This document shows positions 12,611 through 24,405 of a stretch of DNA of 64,000 nt, piece by piece. The notes under the pieces are model-generated. The model did no database searches and was not told the DNA's origin. It worked only from the letters and a program-made list of their open reading frames with translations. This DNA comes from Chiloscyllium plagiosum (taxonomy: Eukaryota). Both the position numbers and the translations under genes were made by a program. The stretch covers positions 9,029,306-9,093,305 of the forward strand of contig NC_057755.1 in assembly GCF_004010195.1 (NCBI RefSeq), in the 5' to 3' direction. Position 1 is the first letter of the stretch. Every line of letters starts with the position of its first letter.

Positions 12611-13339
12611 CGTGAGTAGGTGGCGAATGTTTTGGCAGTTATAAGTACGAAGAGGTGAATTTCTATGGAAATAAAAAAAAAACGCCTGATTTGAGAGAGA
12701 CCTCTTTTGTCAACATGATGGAGCTAGTCTTTGATAAGATGTTGTCAATTGCAAATTGAAACACTATCAGGGAATATAAAATATGCAAAATGCCAACTAT
12801 CAAAGTTAAGTTTCACTTTACCTTTCCAAATTGTAGTATCAATAGATCCTTGAACGCTACGGATTTTGAATATACCTCCCTAGAACCCTTGCTTTATCTC
12901 CTATAAATGATGTATTAATTTGATTGCACGACATAACCACGACATTCTTCCAAAGACCATCAAAAACAAATGCATCCATTCCATCTCTCTCACGCTATGT
13001 AGCCGGCTCTCATGAACTACATAGTTATCTATTCAGTTCTCGAATTAAAACAGGCAGCGAAGAGTGGTACAAAACAAATTGATTGAATTACCCCAAAGCC
13101 ATACACATTTTAACAATGATGAAGAGGAAGTTGGGTGGATGCATCACTGACATTGGCGGGATATGTTGACCAAGTGATTTGCAAGTTACCTCAGTTAATT
13201 GGTACGGGCACGGAGATCAAGTGCAAGCAGCTTACATTCAACGTGTGTCAGGCATTACGTCTGCCTCAGCTGGACTATTGCGTTCACTGAGACCTAATGT
13301 CCATTCAGAAGGGTGTGAAGCTACTGAGGAGATTAGATC

Positions 13340-13860
13340 TTAGAAAATAAGAAGGAGGAGCGCAGGGAGGCCATTCAGCCCTTCGATCCTGTTCAAGAAT
13401 TTGATATCAACGTGGCTGATTTCAGCTCGATTTCACTTTGTAGCCTACTGTACACAGCCCTGCAGCACATTCCTCATTACAAACTTTTCGATCCCATTCT
13501 TAAATTTATTTATTATGCCTGTATCTACCACACAATGTGGTTTTGAATTACACAGATTCACGGCTCTTTGAGGGAAGTAAGCCCTTCTCATCTCTGTTTT
13601 AAATCTGCTTCCCTTCAGTTTAAAAAGGCAAACTGTCTTCTCGAATGTGCCAGAGAGAAAATATCCAGTCGACATCTATTCTGCTGATTCTGTTTAGCTT
13701 CCGATATACCCCAGTTAGTTCTCTCCACAATCTCCTAAATTCCGGAGAGTTTTGCCTGAAAGTGTTCAGTTTCTCTTCTGAAGAAAAAAAAACAGGAGTG
13801 GCTCTAATACAAGTACACATCTTCTCAAGTAAGAGGCGTGAAATGTCAAGCAGTGCTCTA
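13340..13860 (-). mobile_element. CR1 3' fragment in the gene A intron (shared with 57930-58480)
   Basis: ORF 13445-13675 KTEMRRAYFPQRAVNLCNS matches ORF 58016-58378. Confidence 0.7.
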
Positions 13861-14185
13861 TGTGCAGACTCTCTAATGCCTTGCCTATTTTCAGCGTGAC
13901 TTCCCTATATTATGCTTCATTCGTTTCGCAATCAGTGATACTTTTCCATTTGATTTATTGACTTCCTGCTCTAACTACAAAATGGAGGTCACCAATTCAT
14001 TGAAGAATGCAATCCAATTTGAACTATTGCATCACCTCCTCCTGCCCCTATTTCCTGCGTGTCTCTGCGATCTTCACTGACCACAGTGTTAGAAAATGTC
14101 AAAAGTATAGCAGTGTGTTAGACATCCCTTTCTGCGCTGTGACAATTCAATGATTTGGTGAAACAATAGAATATTACTGACTTAC

Positions 14186-14255
14186 CCGGAATGCCGAAGG
14201 CTGCTAGAATCGGATAGTAAATTATCTTTACCTGGACAATGTTTGGCTGCACCAT
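14186..14255 (-). CDS. GPR139-like GPCR gene A, exon 1 (MVQPNIVQVKIIYYPILAAFGIP)
   Basis: ATG at 14255, 70 nt, phase-1 donor G|gtaagt joins in frame to CA AAC TTG (…GIPANLATM); paralogous exon at 57542. Confidence 0.9.
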
Positions 14256-14318
14256 TCTCTGAAGAATGTTGGAAATCGATGGCTTTATTGGAACGCTTTT
14301 GAGGGCAGTTAATAAACC

Positions 14319-14327
14319 TTATTTATA
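14319..14327 (-). promoter_or_regulatory. TATA box of gene A
   Basis: TATAAATAA 64-72 nt upstream of the ATG; identical in gene B. Confidence 0.7.
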
Positions 14328-14358
14328 GCGCAATATGTCCCTCGTTGAAAAACAAACG

Positions 14359-14367
14359 TGATGCAAC
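14359..14367. promoter_or_regulatory. Candidate C/EBP-ATF (amino-acid response) element TGATGCAAC
   Basis: Lies in a block of about 22 bp (CGTGATGCAACGTTGTCAGAAT) identical in the gene B promoter, about 30-40 bp upstream of the TATA box. Confidence 0.45.
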
Positions 14368-15735
14368 GTTGTCAGAATAACGTTCACTGAAGAGACTTTT
14401 TGCCACTCCATTTCACTCATGCGTCCATGAGGAGATGACACAGCTGAATAACAGATGCACCTTTCACCAATGTGTTATAATTGGAAGAGCATCACAGACC
14501 GAAAGAGATTGGCACACCCCACCACAGGAATGGGAATTAGTCATTGTTCTCTGTCATTTTCTTAGCTTCCTTTTAGTTCTTGTGAACGGGAGAAATCATG
14601 AAGCATTTTTTGACTCTTTTTTTCGACTGTGGCACAGTCAGGTTTGATTTGTCACGAATAAATTTATCATTGTTTGGGGGAAACATCATTTGACATGGCA
14701 TGCATCCATTTTTGTAGATTCATGACTACTTTTCCGAGAGACAGCTGTGGGGGCAGTGCCCTTGTGTATTTATACGTCTGAAATAGATAGATTATTGATC
14801 AGATGGGGGATCAAGGGTTGTGGGGAAAGGAGAGGAAGGTGGACATGAGGAGTTTCTAATCAGCGGTGATCGTATTGAATAGCAGAGCACGGCCCACCAA
14901 TGCTCCTATTTCTTATGGCCATCTGATATGAAATGTTCTTGAAGTGCTACTGCAACAAAACTAATTAAAACATGATAAGCCAATAAAGGCCGAGGAAGAT
15001 GGAAAAAACTTGCACAGATGAATGTTTGGCATAGAAAAGGCAGAAATTCTATCTTATGTATTGGAGATTTACTTTGACATTTTTTTCAGAGGCACGATGT
15101 TAATCAAATGTAAGATCAACATTCAAAATCAAATTAATCTTTTCTGGAGTAATTAACTGATCAAGCTCAACTTGAAACTTTTCAAGTCGGATATAATTAA
15201 ATAGTTTGGGAGAGACACAGAAACGATACATGTATATCAATGCATATTTTAATGTCGATTATATTTTACCAAACTGTTGGCAACATCTGATGTGATTCCC
15301 AAATTTATGTTGCACAACGTGCGAAATTATAATTCTAATAATATGGAGAGAAAAACGTGTTCAAATCAATTTTGAGATGAAAGGTCGTCGCTTTACCAAC
15401 GTCATAAATGTTGTTGGAGGTACAACTGAAATTGTTGGAAGGGCTAACATTGCGAACGTTGCATGTTTTAATACCTATTGAGCAAGTCATCCTTTTGTTG
15501 ACTGAGCAAAGACATCCGAAAATGACGAACCGTTGAACAGCTGGCAATGTCTTGGCTCTACCTTTACAAATGCTGCCAGACCTGCCAAGGTTCTCCAGCA
15601 ATCTCAGTGTTAGTTTCATTCATTTAGTATCTGCAGTTCTTTGTTTCATTTCATGTTTCCTTCCATTGTTGTGCCCAGGTGCTGGACTGAGGTTCTCAGC
15701 TCCAACGAAACACACAATTCTTTTCAGGAAAATAA

Positions 15736-15805
15736 ATGGACTGACTACCTAGTCTGGTGATAAACAAGATTTATTATTCAGTTTCTGCAATTATCGGTGT
15801 CCCTG
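15736..15805 (+). pseudogene. GPR139-like pseudogene psi1, exon 1
   Basis: ATG GAC TGA ... MD*LPSLVINKIYYSVSAIIGVP, exactly 70 nt, then G|gtgagt; stop at codon 3. Confidence 0.8.
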
Positions 15806-16914
15806 GTGAGTGAAAATTATTTTTCGTTTTCAATTGGGATAAATTGCCGTATCATGCTTTGGATAGAAGATCATGATCTCAGAAACGAATTCCACAAGTT
15901 CAGATGTTACTCAAAAGCCAGGAATAATCATGCATCCCAATTTCCTACTTATTCCATGAAGTGTTTAAGTTAAACACGTTTACTTTTCAAAAAATGGCAA
16001 GATTTTCAGAGGATGACAGACCTTGAGACCAGCCAGGCAATAAGCTTCTCCAGAACCAAACGCCAGAGTTTAAGGGTATAGGGTAAACTTTTTTTAGGAC
16101 TTTGCTAAGGCTAAATGCCTTAACCCAGAGAGTGCTGAACCAGTTGACTTTTATTTTGCCATAGGAACATGTTGAGGATAATGCATTAAATACTTTCCAT
16201 GAAGATGTAGGTGTAGTTCTGAGGAATACGGGGTAAAGAAAATATGATAAAGCTGTGGGAGAATATACTGAGTTGGATGATCATCCAGGAGCGTACTGAG
16301 TGTCGGAGCAGCCTCAACCAGCCGAATAGCAGGTTGTTGTTCCTTTTTACAATGTTTCTGTATTCCTAACTCAATAAAATGTGCTGAGAGTGTTCAAGAC
16401 TAATGATCATAAAGGCTTATTTTTGCCTCTGTCATAGCTGAAATGCGTAGAATTCATTCATATTGATATGGACATATGTTAGACCTAAATAGCTGTGCAC
16501 ATCTCAAATTACAGACAAGTTAGTGTTCATCGCTAATCGGTATGATGATTACTGTTTAATTTCTATAAACTTATTTTTCGAATGCAAGTTATTGGATGGC
16601 AGAATTACTCGCATTAATGCCTTTTCCCCCGCGTTCCTTTTAGCAGCCTCAGTTGCAGTTTATAATTCTTCAATTAGATTGCTCATATGTGACAGATCAT
16701 TCTCAAATCCGTGTGTCCTTTCTTGATAACTATCACAAATGTATCCATATGTCTGTGATTCAGTTTCCAGTTCTGTCGTGTACAGCAATTCATCCAAAGG
16801 CAATGTGAAAATTAAGTTCCTGAAGCAAGGCAGAACATTGTTACGCTCTTTACCAAGTGAGTGAGTCACATTCCATCATGAATTCCTGATATCTGTTCTG
16901 TCGCATCATTTTCT

Positions 16915-17100
16915 GAGAGGGAGTCAGCTATCTGGATGCCTCGTTATCGATGCAGAGTGATGCTAACAGTGTGGGTTCAAGTCCTGCGCTGACTGAAGTT
17001 ACCATGTATGATTCGCCTCCTCAAGCTCTCCCATTGCCTAAAGTGTGGTGACCCTCAGGGCCACCAGTCTTCTCTCCACAATGAGAGAGCAACACTGCAT
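16915..17100 (+). mobile_element. Second tRNA-derived SINE-like repeat
   Basis: B-box-like GGGTTCAAGTCC at ~16973; family not identified. Confidence 0.35.
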
Positions 17101-17779
17101 GGTCATGGTGCCTTAAGTTTTACTTGTCTAGTTTGATAAAGTCTAAAAATAGTTAGTTTGTAAGCCTACCATCTCAAACTACTTTGCCACCTTTGATAAT
17201 ATGTCTGCGTAAAACCCGATGCTTGTTTCTTTTTTTTCATTTGGTTTTATTCATTTGCATTGCTAATTTTTCTCTTTGTTCCATCTTAATTGATCCATTT
17301 TTGGTCTGCACCGTTTTCTCAATTAATTGAGGATTGCATCATTTTAAAGAAGTGGTCAAATTCTGTAAAAAGCTGGGAATTTGAAAATTCAATGATTTCA
17401 AAGCAAAATCAGATAACAGAACATTGTGATAGACGAAATGCTATGAACATTCAAAGCCATCCAAACATCAAATATATGAACGGTGTTCCCCGGCAGATTG
17501 CTTCTGCTGTAAAATAGGTTCATCGAATCATACAGTACAGTAGAGGTACTTTATCAGCACTGTATTATTAATGCTACACAAAATCTACACAAGCCTCACT
17601 TTTCCAGCAGAGGACAATAACTTTGAATGCAAAGACATTTCGGGATTAACTCTTTTTCAAAGGTCGTAAGGTTTCCCACATCAACCATCCTCCCAGCCAA
17701 TGTATTCCCGTATTCAATGTTCTTAGATTGAGGTGGACAAACTCTCATTTTTTATTGTCCACGTAGTTCAAACGTAGAG

Positions 17780-18870
17780 TATTGGTTTGAGTAGAGGACT
17801 GACTGATGGACAGAAAACAGAAGGTCGGGATAAATGGGTAGCTCTCTGAATACTGCAGAGTTCAATTCTTGGACCTCAAACATTTACCAGCTGCATAAAT
17901 GATCTGCAAGGAGGGACAGAGTGTAACATAATAAAATTTGAGGATGATACTGAAATAGGTGGAAATGCATGTTGCAATGAGCAAACAAAACAAGTTACAG
18001 CTGAATGTTGATGGGCTCGGGGAATGGGCCACAATCTTTCAGATGGAAGTTAATGCAGGTAAGTGCAAGGTTGTCCGTGTTGGCAAGGAATATAAAAGTG
18101 CAACGTATTATTTAATTGTCTAGCAGAGTCAAAGTGCATCGGTGAAAAGTGGTCTTGGTGTCTTTGTGCATGAAATCAAAATTGGGTCAGCAGGTGCAAC
18201 ACATAAAATATTTCGAAAAAAGCAAATGAAATCCTGGATTTTTTTTTGCCGAATGTACTGGATTATAAAGATAAAGAAGTATCGTTGCAATTATATATTG
18301 CGTTTGTGTGTCCACACCGTTGAAATATAGTGTCTAGTTTTTGTCTCCTAACTTGAGGAAGACCTTGGTTGCAGTGGAGGCAGCTGTGAGAAAATTCACC
18401 GCATTGATCCCAGGGATGAAACGGCTGTCAGGTGAGGAGTAGTGGAATAGCTTGGGTTTGCACTCGCTAGAGTTCAGAAGAATGAAGGGGAACTGATTGA
18501 AGTACACAAAATGCTGTCGGAGATTGATAGGGTGCACAACAAACAGATGATCCCACTTGTGGGACAATCCCAAAAATAGACGTTATTGATGTAGCGTGAG
18601 AATACGTAGGGTTCAAAACTGAGATGACGAGAAAGTACTGTTCTCAGTGAGTTGTGAATCTGTGGAAACCACTGCCCCAGAGTGCAGTGGAGGCTGAATC
18701 AATCAAAGCAGTCGAGAAAAAAAATGTTTCTGATGAAAAGCAGGATAAAGGGCTATAGGAGAGTGACTGATGTGGAGACAAGGACAATATCAGCCATGAT
18801 AATGCTAAGTGGTGGAGCAGACTTAAAAGGTTGAATTGACTTCTCCCACGACTAATTCCTCTGTTTCTCT
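17780..18870 (+). mobile_element. Old CR1-type LINE RT and 3' fragment
   Basis: IKFEDDTEIGG, QMEVNAGKCKVVRVG remnants and CR1 3' end. Confidence 0.7.
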
Positions 18871-18984
18871 GTTCATGATTTGTACATCAGGATAAAAACA
18901 ACAGCCTAATAATACCATACCATCACACAGCTCGTAATGACTGAGCAACTCCTTCCAGACAGAAAATTCCAGATTCGAGTATAT

Positions 18985-19720
18985 CATTCAAAATTATCCA
19001 TATCTGCAAGCTGAATTTGTTCTCAATTTGTCTGTTTGGTTCACAGTTGCCTTCACATTTGAACGCTTTATCGTTCTTTGTTGCACACAGTATAAAACAA
19101 GACATCGCACTGTGAGAACTTCAGTAACAGAAATAACCATGAGCTGTGTCTGCATCTGCTTCAAGGACATTCCCATGAATGTTGAACTTGGATCTGAATA
19201 AATAGTTAACAAGATGCACTGGAACAGCCTGCACAGTGTATCTTTCCTTTCTTCAGACCCAGGAATAATATATCACTGGTTTTACAGAATCACAACAGTT
19301 TGGCCGACAATCAAACCGATACTAGTGAGCAGCAGATCCCGCAGAGGACTTCAGAGTCAGCTGACTGATCCTCAGCATGATCCGGAAATGGAGAAGAGAA
19401 AGAAACCTATTATTTCACTGTTCGCCATTTCAGGTTGTTTTCTACTCCTGTGGCTGACAGCTTTTGTGAGTTTTGTAACTACCATGCTTACAAATACAGC
19501 TTACTCCTCTGATGACCGTAGAAATCAAGGATACATTGCAATGGAAACTGAAGCAATGTTGTGGTGTTTGAGCTCCTGTTCAAATGCGTGCATTTGCGCA
19601 GCGACCCTGAGGAAATTCATGGAAGTGTTGATGGATCTACTGAAAGCTCTCTCTGAATTCATTATTACATTCGATAACAACAGTAAGAACTGTAGGCTGA
19701 ACTGCCTGCAAGAAGATTGA
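18985..19720 (+). pseudogene. GPR139-like pseudogene psi1, exon 2 remnant (TM3-TM7)
   Basis: LSVWFTVAFTFERFIVLCC..YKTR, in-frame TAA at 19199, TM5 partly deleted, then DPEMEKRKK..LFAISGCFLLLWLTA..LSSCSNACI..RKF. Confidence 0.88.
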
Positions 19721-19884
19721 AATTCAGCAATGATGACATTTTGAATTAAATTTTGCCTGTGACAATATTGTTTGGAAACATCGATGAAGTATCATGCAAT
19801 TTGCATTCTGGAGTCTTGCATCAAGAAGGGGAGACATGGTTGAAATTTAATTTGCAAATTGTTTCTTGGGTTGGGACTGAGCAC

Positions 19885-19983
19885 GAAAGTTGAAAAATGT
19901 GGTGCTAGAAAAACACAGCAGGCCAGGCAGCATCCGAGGAGCAGGAGGATCGACGTTTCGGGCATAAGCCCTTCTTCAGGAAT
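19885..19983 (-). mobile_element. Solo PLE-terminus insert of about 100 bp carrying a hammerhead motif
   Basis: Same family as the 59636 and 60968 elements; TGAGCAC at both flanks (19878-19884, 19983-19989). Confidence 0.75.
19948..19983 (-). ncRNA. Minimal type-I hammerhead ribozyme motif, core intact
   Basis: Reverse complement ATTC-CTGAAGA-A-GGGC TTAT GCCC-GAAA-CGTC-GATC: perfect stem II, palindromic ACGU stem III, GUC cleavage triplet. Confidence 0.75.
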
Positions 19984-20779
19984 GAGCACACTGAGAAGTC
20001 TATTGTGAACATACATTTTTATTAGGCATCATCAAAACCCCTGAATTAAAGAGGTGGATTTTAATGGTTTAGTGCTTTCAATGAAAACTTGTTGCTTATA
20101 AACAGGAGTACAGCAGCACAGAAAGAAATAAAATTGCAAAAGGACGTCAGTTAGTACATGTTTCAGAAATTAGAGACGAGGAGGATTATAATCTTAAACC
20201 AAGTATCCTTTGATGATGCCGAGAATTGAGTTTAATGAGCTCTTGTATTTGCATTTATGTTGTAGTAAGAGTGAGTTTCGTTTGTACATTGTGGTAGGCT
20301 TCCCAAGGGCAAATGAACCTGAAGGCATGTATTTAAAACTACAAAGGAATTCTGCAGAAGGTAGCCTATTTCAGTTGTGCCAGTGCGAGTCACAATGCAG
20401 ACACAGCAACAAATCTTCGCTGAAGGTTTTATGTTTACAATAACGTTGCTGTCATAAGAATAACCTGTCTCCTTCATGAAGCTTGCAAGGAGTTGTGACA
20501 ACTGGCAGAACTCTTCTGTCCTGCAAGGTTGCTGACAACGCCCGCGAAGTCGCGGTTGGCAGTGTCACTACTCCCGTCATGACACTCTCTCAGCTGCCGC
20601 AGGAAGGAGCTGCAGTTCACAGTATCAATGGGTTGGGGGCGAGGGCTGGTATGAGAGTCCACCGCTGAATGAGGGCCTGGAAGAGAGATTGATGAGGACG
20701 ATCGTCACGCCACCTTTGGAATATTGATGGCAGTTTACATCCCTCCTCTGGGAAGGATTATGTGAAACTCTAAAGGATT

Positions 20780-21255
20780 CAGAAAAGATTTACAAAGATG
20801 TTGCCAGTGTTGGAGTGTTTGAGCTACAGAGAGAGGCTGAACCGGCTGGTACTGTTTTCTCTGGAGCGTCGGAGGCTGAGAGGTGACCTTATGGAGGTTT
20901 ATAAAATCATGAGGGGCATGGATAGGATAAATAGACAAAGTAATTTCCGAGTGCTGGGCAAGTCCAGAAATAGAGGGCATGAGTTGAGGGTGAGAGGAAA
21001 AAGATAGAAAAAGGGCCGAAGGGCAACATTTCCATGCAGAGAGTGGTGGGTTTGCACAATAAGGAGCCAGAAGAAGTGGTGGAGGCTGGTACAATTATAA
21101 AATTTAAAAGGCATCTGGACGGGTATATGAAGAGGACGGATTTAGAGAGATATGCGTCAAGTGATGGTGAATGGGAATGGATTCGTTTTGGATATCTCAT
21201 CGGCATGTACGAGTTGGACTGAAATGTGTGTTCCTGTGCTGTACAGCTCTGTGAC
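20780..21255 (+). mobile_element. CR1 3' fragment
   Basis: SYRERLNRLVLFSLERRRLRGDLMEVYKIMRGMDR. Confidence 0.85.
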
Positions 21256-21649
21256 TGCAGCGTTCAATTTGGGGGGAGCCTCCCAGGAGGGTATCCAGTG
21301 TGGCCCGAAGAGCATCGGATCCCCAGATCGGTGCAGCTTCCCTTTCAGAAAATAGCGACCCGAAGTCGGTCATGGGAGCACTAGATGTGAAACCAAATCC
21401 AGAGCCTTTCGGCTGTGGGAACGGCTGTGAGGAGCTGTTTCAGATACCCACACCTGTGCTCGAAAAACCCACAGAGAAAAGGAGAAAAAGGAGAAAAAGG
21501 AAGGAATGTTGTTCGGGTGGCGATGGAAGGGGAGCAGGGCAGTAGGATGGTGCATTGGTGAGGAGCCCCTATCCCATCCACTCTTTTGAAAAGGCATTAC
21601 TCCTCGGGATCACAGGAACCGAGAGAGTCTGGTTCTACCGACAGTTTGG

Positions 21650-21948
21650 AGGAAGTGAGGACTGCAGATGATGGAGATCAGAGTCAAAAAGTGTAGTGCT
21701 GGAAAACCACAACCTGCCAGGCAGCATCCGAGGAGCAGGAGAGTCGGTGTTTCGACTTAATCTAGATTCACCACATTCCTGATGAAGGGCTTATGCTTGA
21801 GGAGCAGGAGAGTCGACGTTTCGTGTGTAAGCTCTTCATCAGGAATGTGGTGAATCCTGATAAATAGATTAAGTCGAAACACCGAATCTCCTGCTCCTCG
21901 GATGCTGCCTCTCCAGCTGTGATTTTCCAGCACTCCACTTCTTGACTC
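21650..21948. mobile_element. Palindromic PLE-terminus element with several hammerhead-like cores
   Basis: 21681-21796 is the reverse complement of about 21826-21948; CTGATGA at 21779 (+), CTGATGA...GAAACGTC at 21811-21846 (-), CTGATAA...GAAACACC at 21857-21883 (+). Confidence 0.8.
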
Positions 21949-22541
21949 AAACAACACTTTCCCTATGTTTGAAGTAATATTTTCTACCGAAGTGCACTCT
22001 CCCTCCTCACGCAGCTGTTTAAACACAAACCCACTACCATGGTCTCTTTCAACTGAGCCAAGTATCTAGGAGCATGAGACCTCATCCACACCACAAGAAC
22101 GAGGAAGTACCACAGTCAGATTTGCAGATTACACGCTAATAGGTTATGGACGTAAGATATACTGAAGAAACAAGAAATTTGCAAAGTCGTTGTGGCTAAT
22201 GGGCCAAACCGTAGCAGATGATATGTAATTACTGATAAATGTGAGTTTGCCCATTTTAATTTGAGGAAGAAAAAGGCAACTTATTATCGAAATGGAGAGA
22301 AACATCTGAGTGCTTCAGTGCAGAGGGATTTGGATGTCCTGGAAATGAGTCGCACTAACTAGTATGTTGGTATAGCACGCAAATAGAACTTTAGTAATTG
22401 GTACGTAATTCCACAATTTTCATCACTTTTATTCAAGTACTCAGATTTGAATCGAGGAATATGAAATGTAATACATTCGCTTTATTTCATGAGAACTTCC
22501 TGAGACAGGGCAACTCAAACAGACAGAAAATATTATATTTC

Positions 22542-22815
22542 TTACTTTAAATTTCGATTGGCTGATTTGAGAAGACATGGCCCAGGAAATGTCAACATTT
22601 CCTCCAGCTCATGTCTGTACTTACTGTGTGTTTCTGCATAAATGCATACGGTTGTATATGAATTCCAGCACATGAGCATGAGGCCTGTTTCCGTGGCAAT
22701 GTAGACAGGAGTTGCATAATCACTTTGTTAAAGTGCAGCGACAGTTATACTTGGAGATGAAAAGTCACTCACAGGAATATAATACTGTGCAATATCGCGA
22801 AGAGGAAAGTAATGT
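22542..22815 (-). pseudogene. GPR139-like pseudogene psi2, 3' fragment (TM6-TM7 and C-tail)
   Basis: Reverse strand SDYATPVYIATETGLMLMCWNSYTTVCIYAETHSKYRHELEEMLTFP...*; stops and frameshift upstream. Confidence 0.85.
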
Positions 22816-24284
22816 CGTGTCTTCATTACTCCCAACACTACAGACTAGGCCAGACCCCCTCAGAACAGGGGTAGTGAAGCTTTATGATTTTCTAAGACAC
22901 TTTAAGATAAATACAAGAAAGTGCAAGAAATGGAGGGATATGGATCAAGGGCAGACAGAAGAGATACGTATAATTTGGTGACGTGTTCAGCACAACATCG
23001 TGGGTTGGATGCCTCGATCCTTTGCCGTACTATTTTATGTGCGACGTTCTATCACAAACAACAGAAGTTCAAGTTCAGTTCACTTTGGAACACGAATTCT
23101 GACGGACTGCCAGCAAGACTAATAATGTGCTTCCACCACTTCCCAGGGCCTTCTCAGGGCAAGCCAGTTCTGAATCGAAGCGACCAAGTCACCATGGACC
23201 CCATGTATTTTTATCTCTGGATGAGGCTGCTTTGAAGAGGCTGAGAGCGGAACAAAGTAAAACAGCAATTGAAGTCATAGTTTCCTCAGATTGCTCGATG
23301 ACTGCTTCTGCATGTTCAGAAAGCGCGCATCCCCCAAATTCAATAAATAAACAGTGATCATAGTCCCCGTTTCTGGAAACAAGCCATGCTGAACCTTTAG
23401 TTTTAAATAAGTGAATGCACAGTGCGAAAAGATCTGATTTAATGAAAACCCAAATGTTAAAAATGTCAAAACCTCTCTTAAAAACCTCACATTCCAAAGT
23501 TATGTTTGTCAGTGTTGTTCTAGTTGCAGAAGGAAGTTGAAAAGATAAGGAAGATTGTTGGTATACTGTTATTGTGTGACTGGACGGATCTCAATATACA
23601 ATCCCAAGAATCATATGAACAACGAATTTAAAATCATTACTTGATCTTACAATGTGAACGATTCTTCTTGGGAGAAGCTGCAGGAACAAGGACATCGCCT
23701 CACTAAAAAATAGAAGATGTCCATCCTTTGATTAAACTGGTGACACCAAAAGAGCGTAGTGTGTTAGTTTCCCTTTGCATTCTTCACGGTAATGCATGAA
23801 CCATGCAGGGACTGCACACGATCAGCAATATCATCTCAAGGTCCAACAGGGGGGAGATGACCCACAGTTAATATTGTTGGATTATTAATCGAAACACCCA
23901 AGTAATACTCTGGTGGACGTGTTTCCAAATCCCACCAAGGCTTGAGCCATTCTTCCTCATTATGGAGAGGAAGGAGCAGCCAAGGAAGCACAGATGATGA
24001 AACAATTGGAACAGAATGAGTTATCCATAGACTTTTTCTTGTCTACCCCATCATCATTTCTGTTAACTGCAAGCGGCTATGTACCCCACCTTATGGGGTG
24101 CACTCATGGAATCTCTGTTCTATCCCCCCAACACAAAAAAAGATAAATCCCTTGCTTTATTCAACAAATCCATCCATCTTCACAAAACGCGTCGGCGAGA
24201 CAAATATCATTTAGGAATAAATGAAAAGTCAGAAGACACCATTCTATATCTATATATTCTGCGGCGGTACATCTCCCTCCACTT

Positions 24285-24405
24285 CACCTGACCAATGACG
24301 AGTGCTCCAAAAGCTTGTGATTTTAAGTACATCTTTAGGACTATAACGTGGTGTCGTATGAGTTTTGTCTTTACCCATCCCAGTCCAAAACTGGCATCTC
24401 CACAT
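24285..24405 (+). mobile_element. Degenerate PLE terminal repeat (mirror copy at about 52200-52325)
   Basis: cacctgacca...gactataacgtggtgtcg...ccagtccaaaactggcatctcca, same family as 250-375. Confidence 0.6.

Noticed and set aside
16505..16540. acag|ACAAGTTAGTGTTCATC as a possible start of psi1 exon 2
   Set aside because: Similarity covers too few codons to support.
20430..21640. GC-richer segments either side of the CR1 fragment, possibly from another LINE
   Set aside because: No recognisable protein motif could be read; left unannotated.
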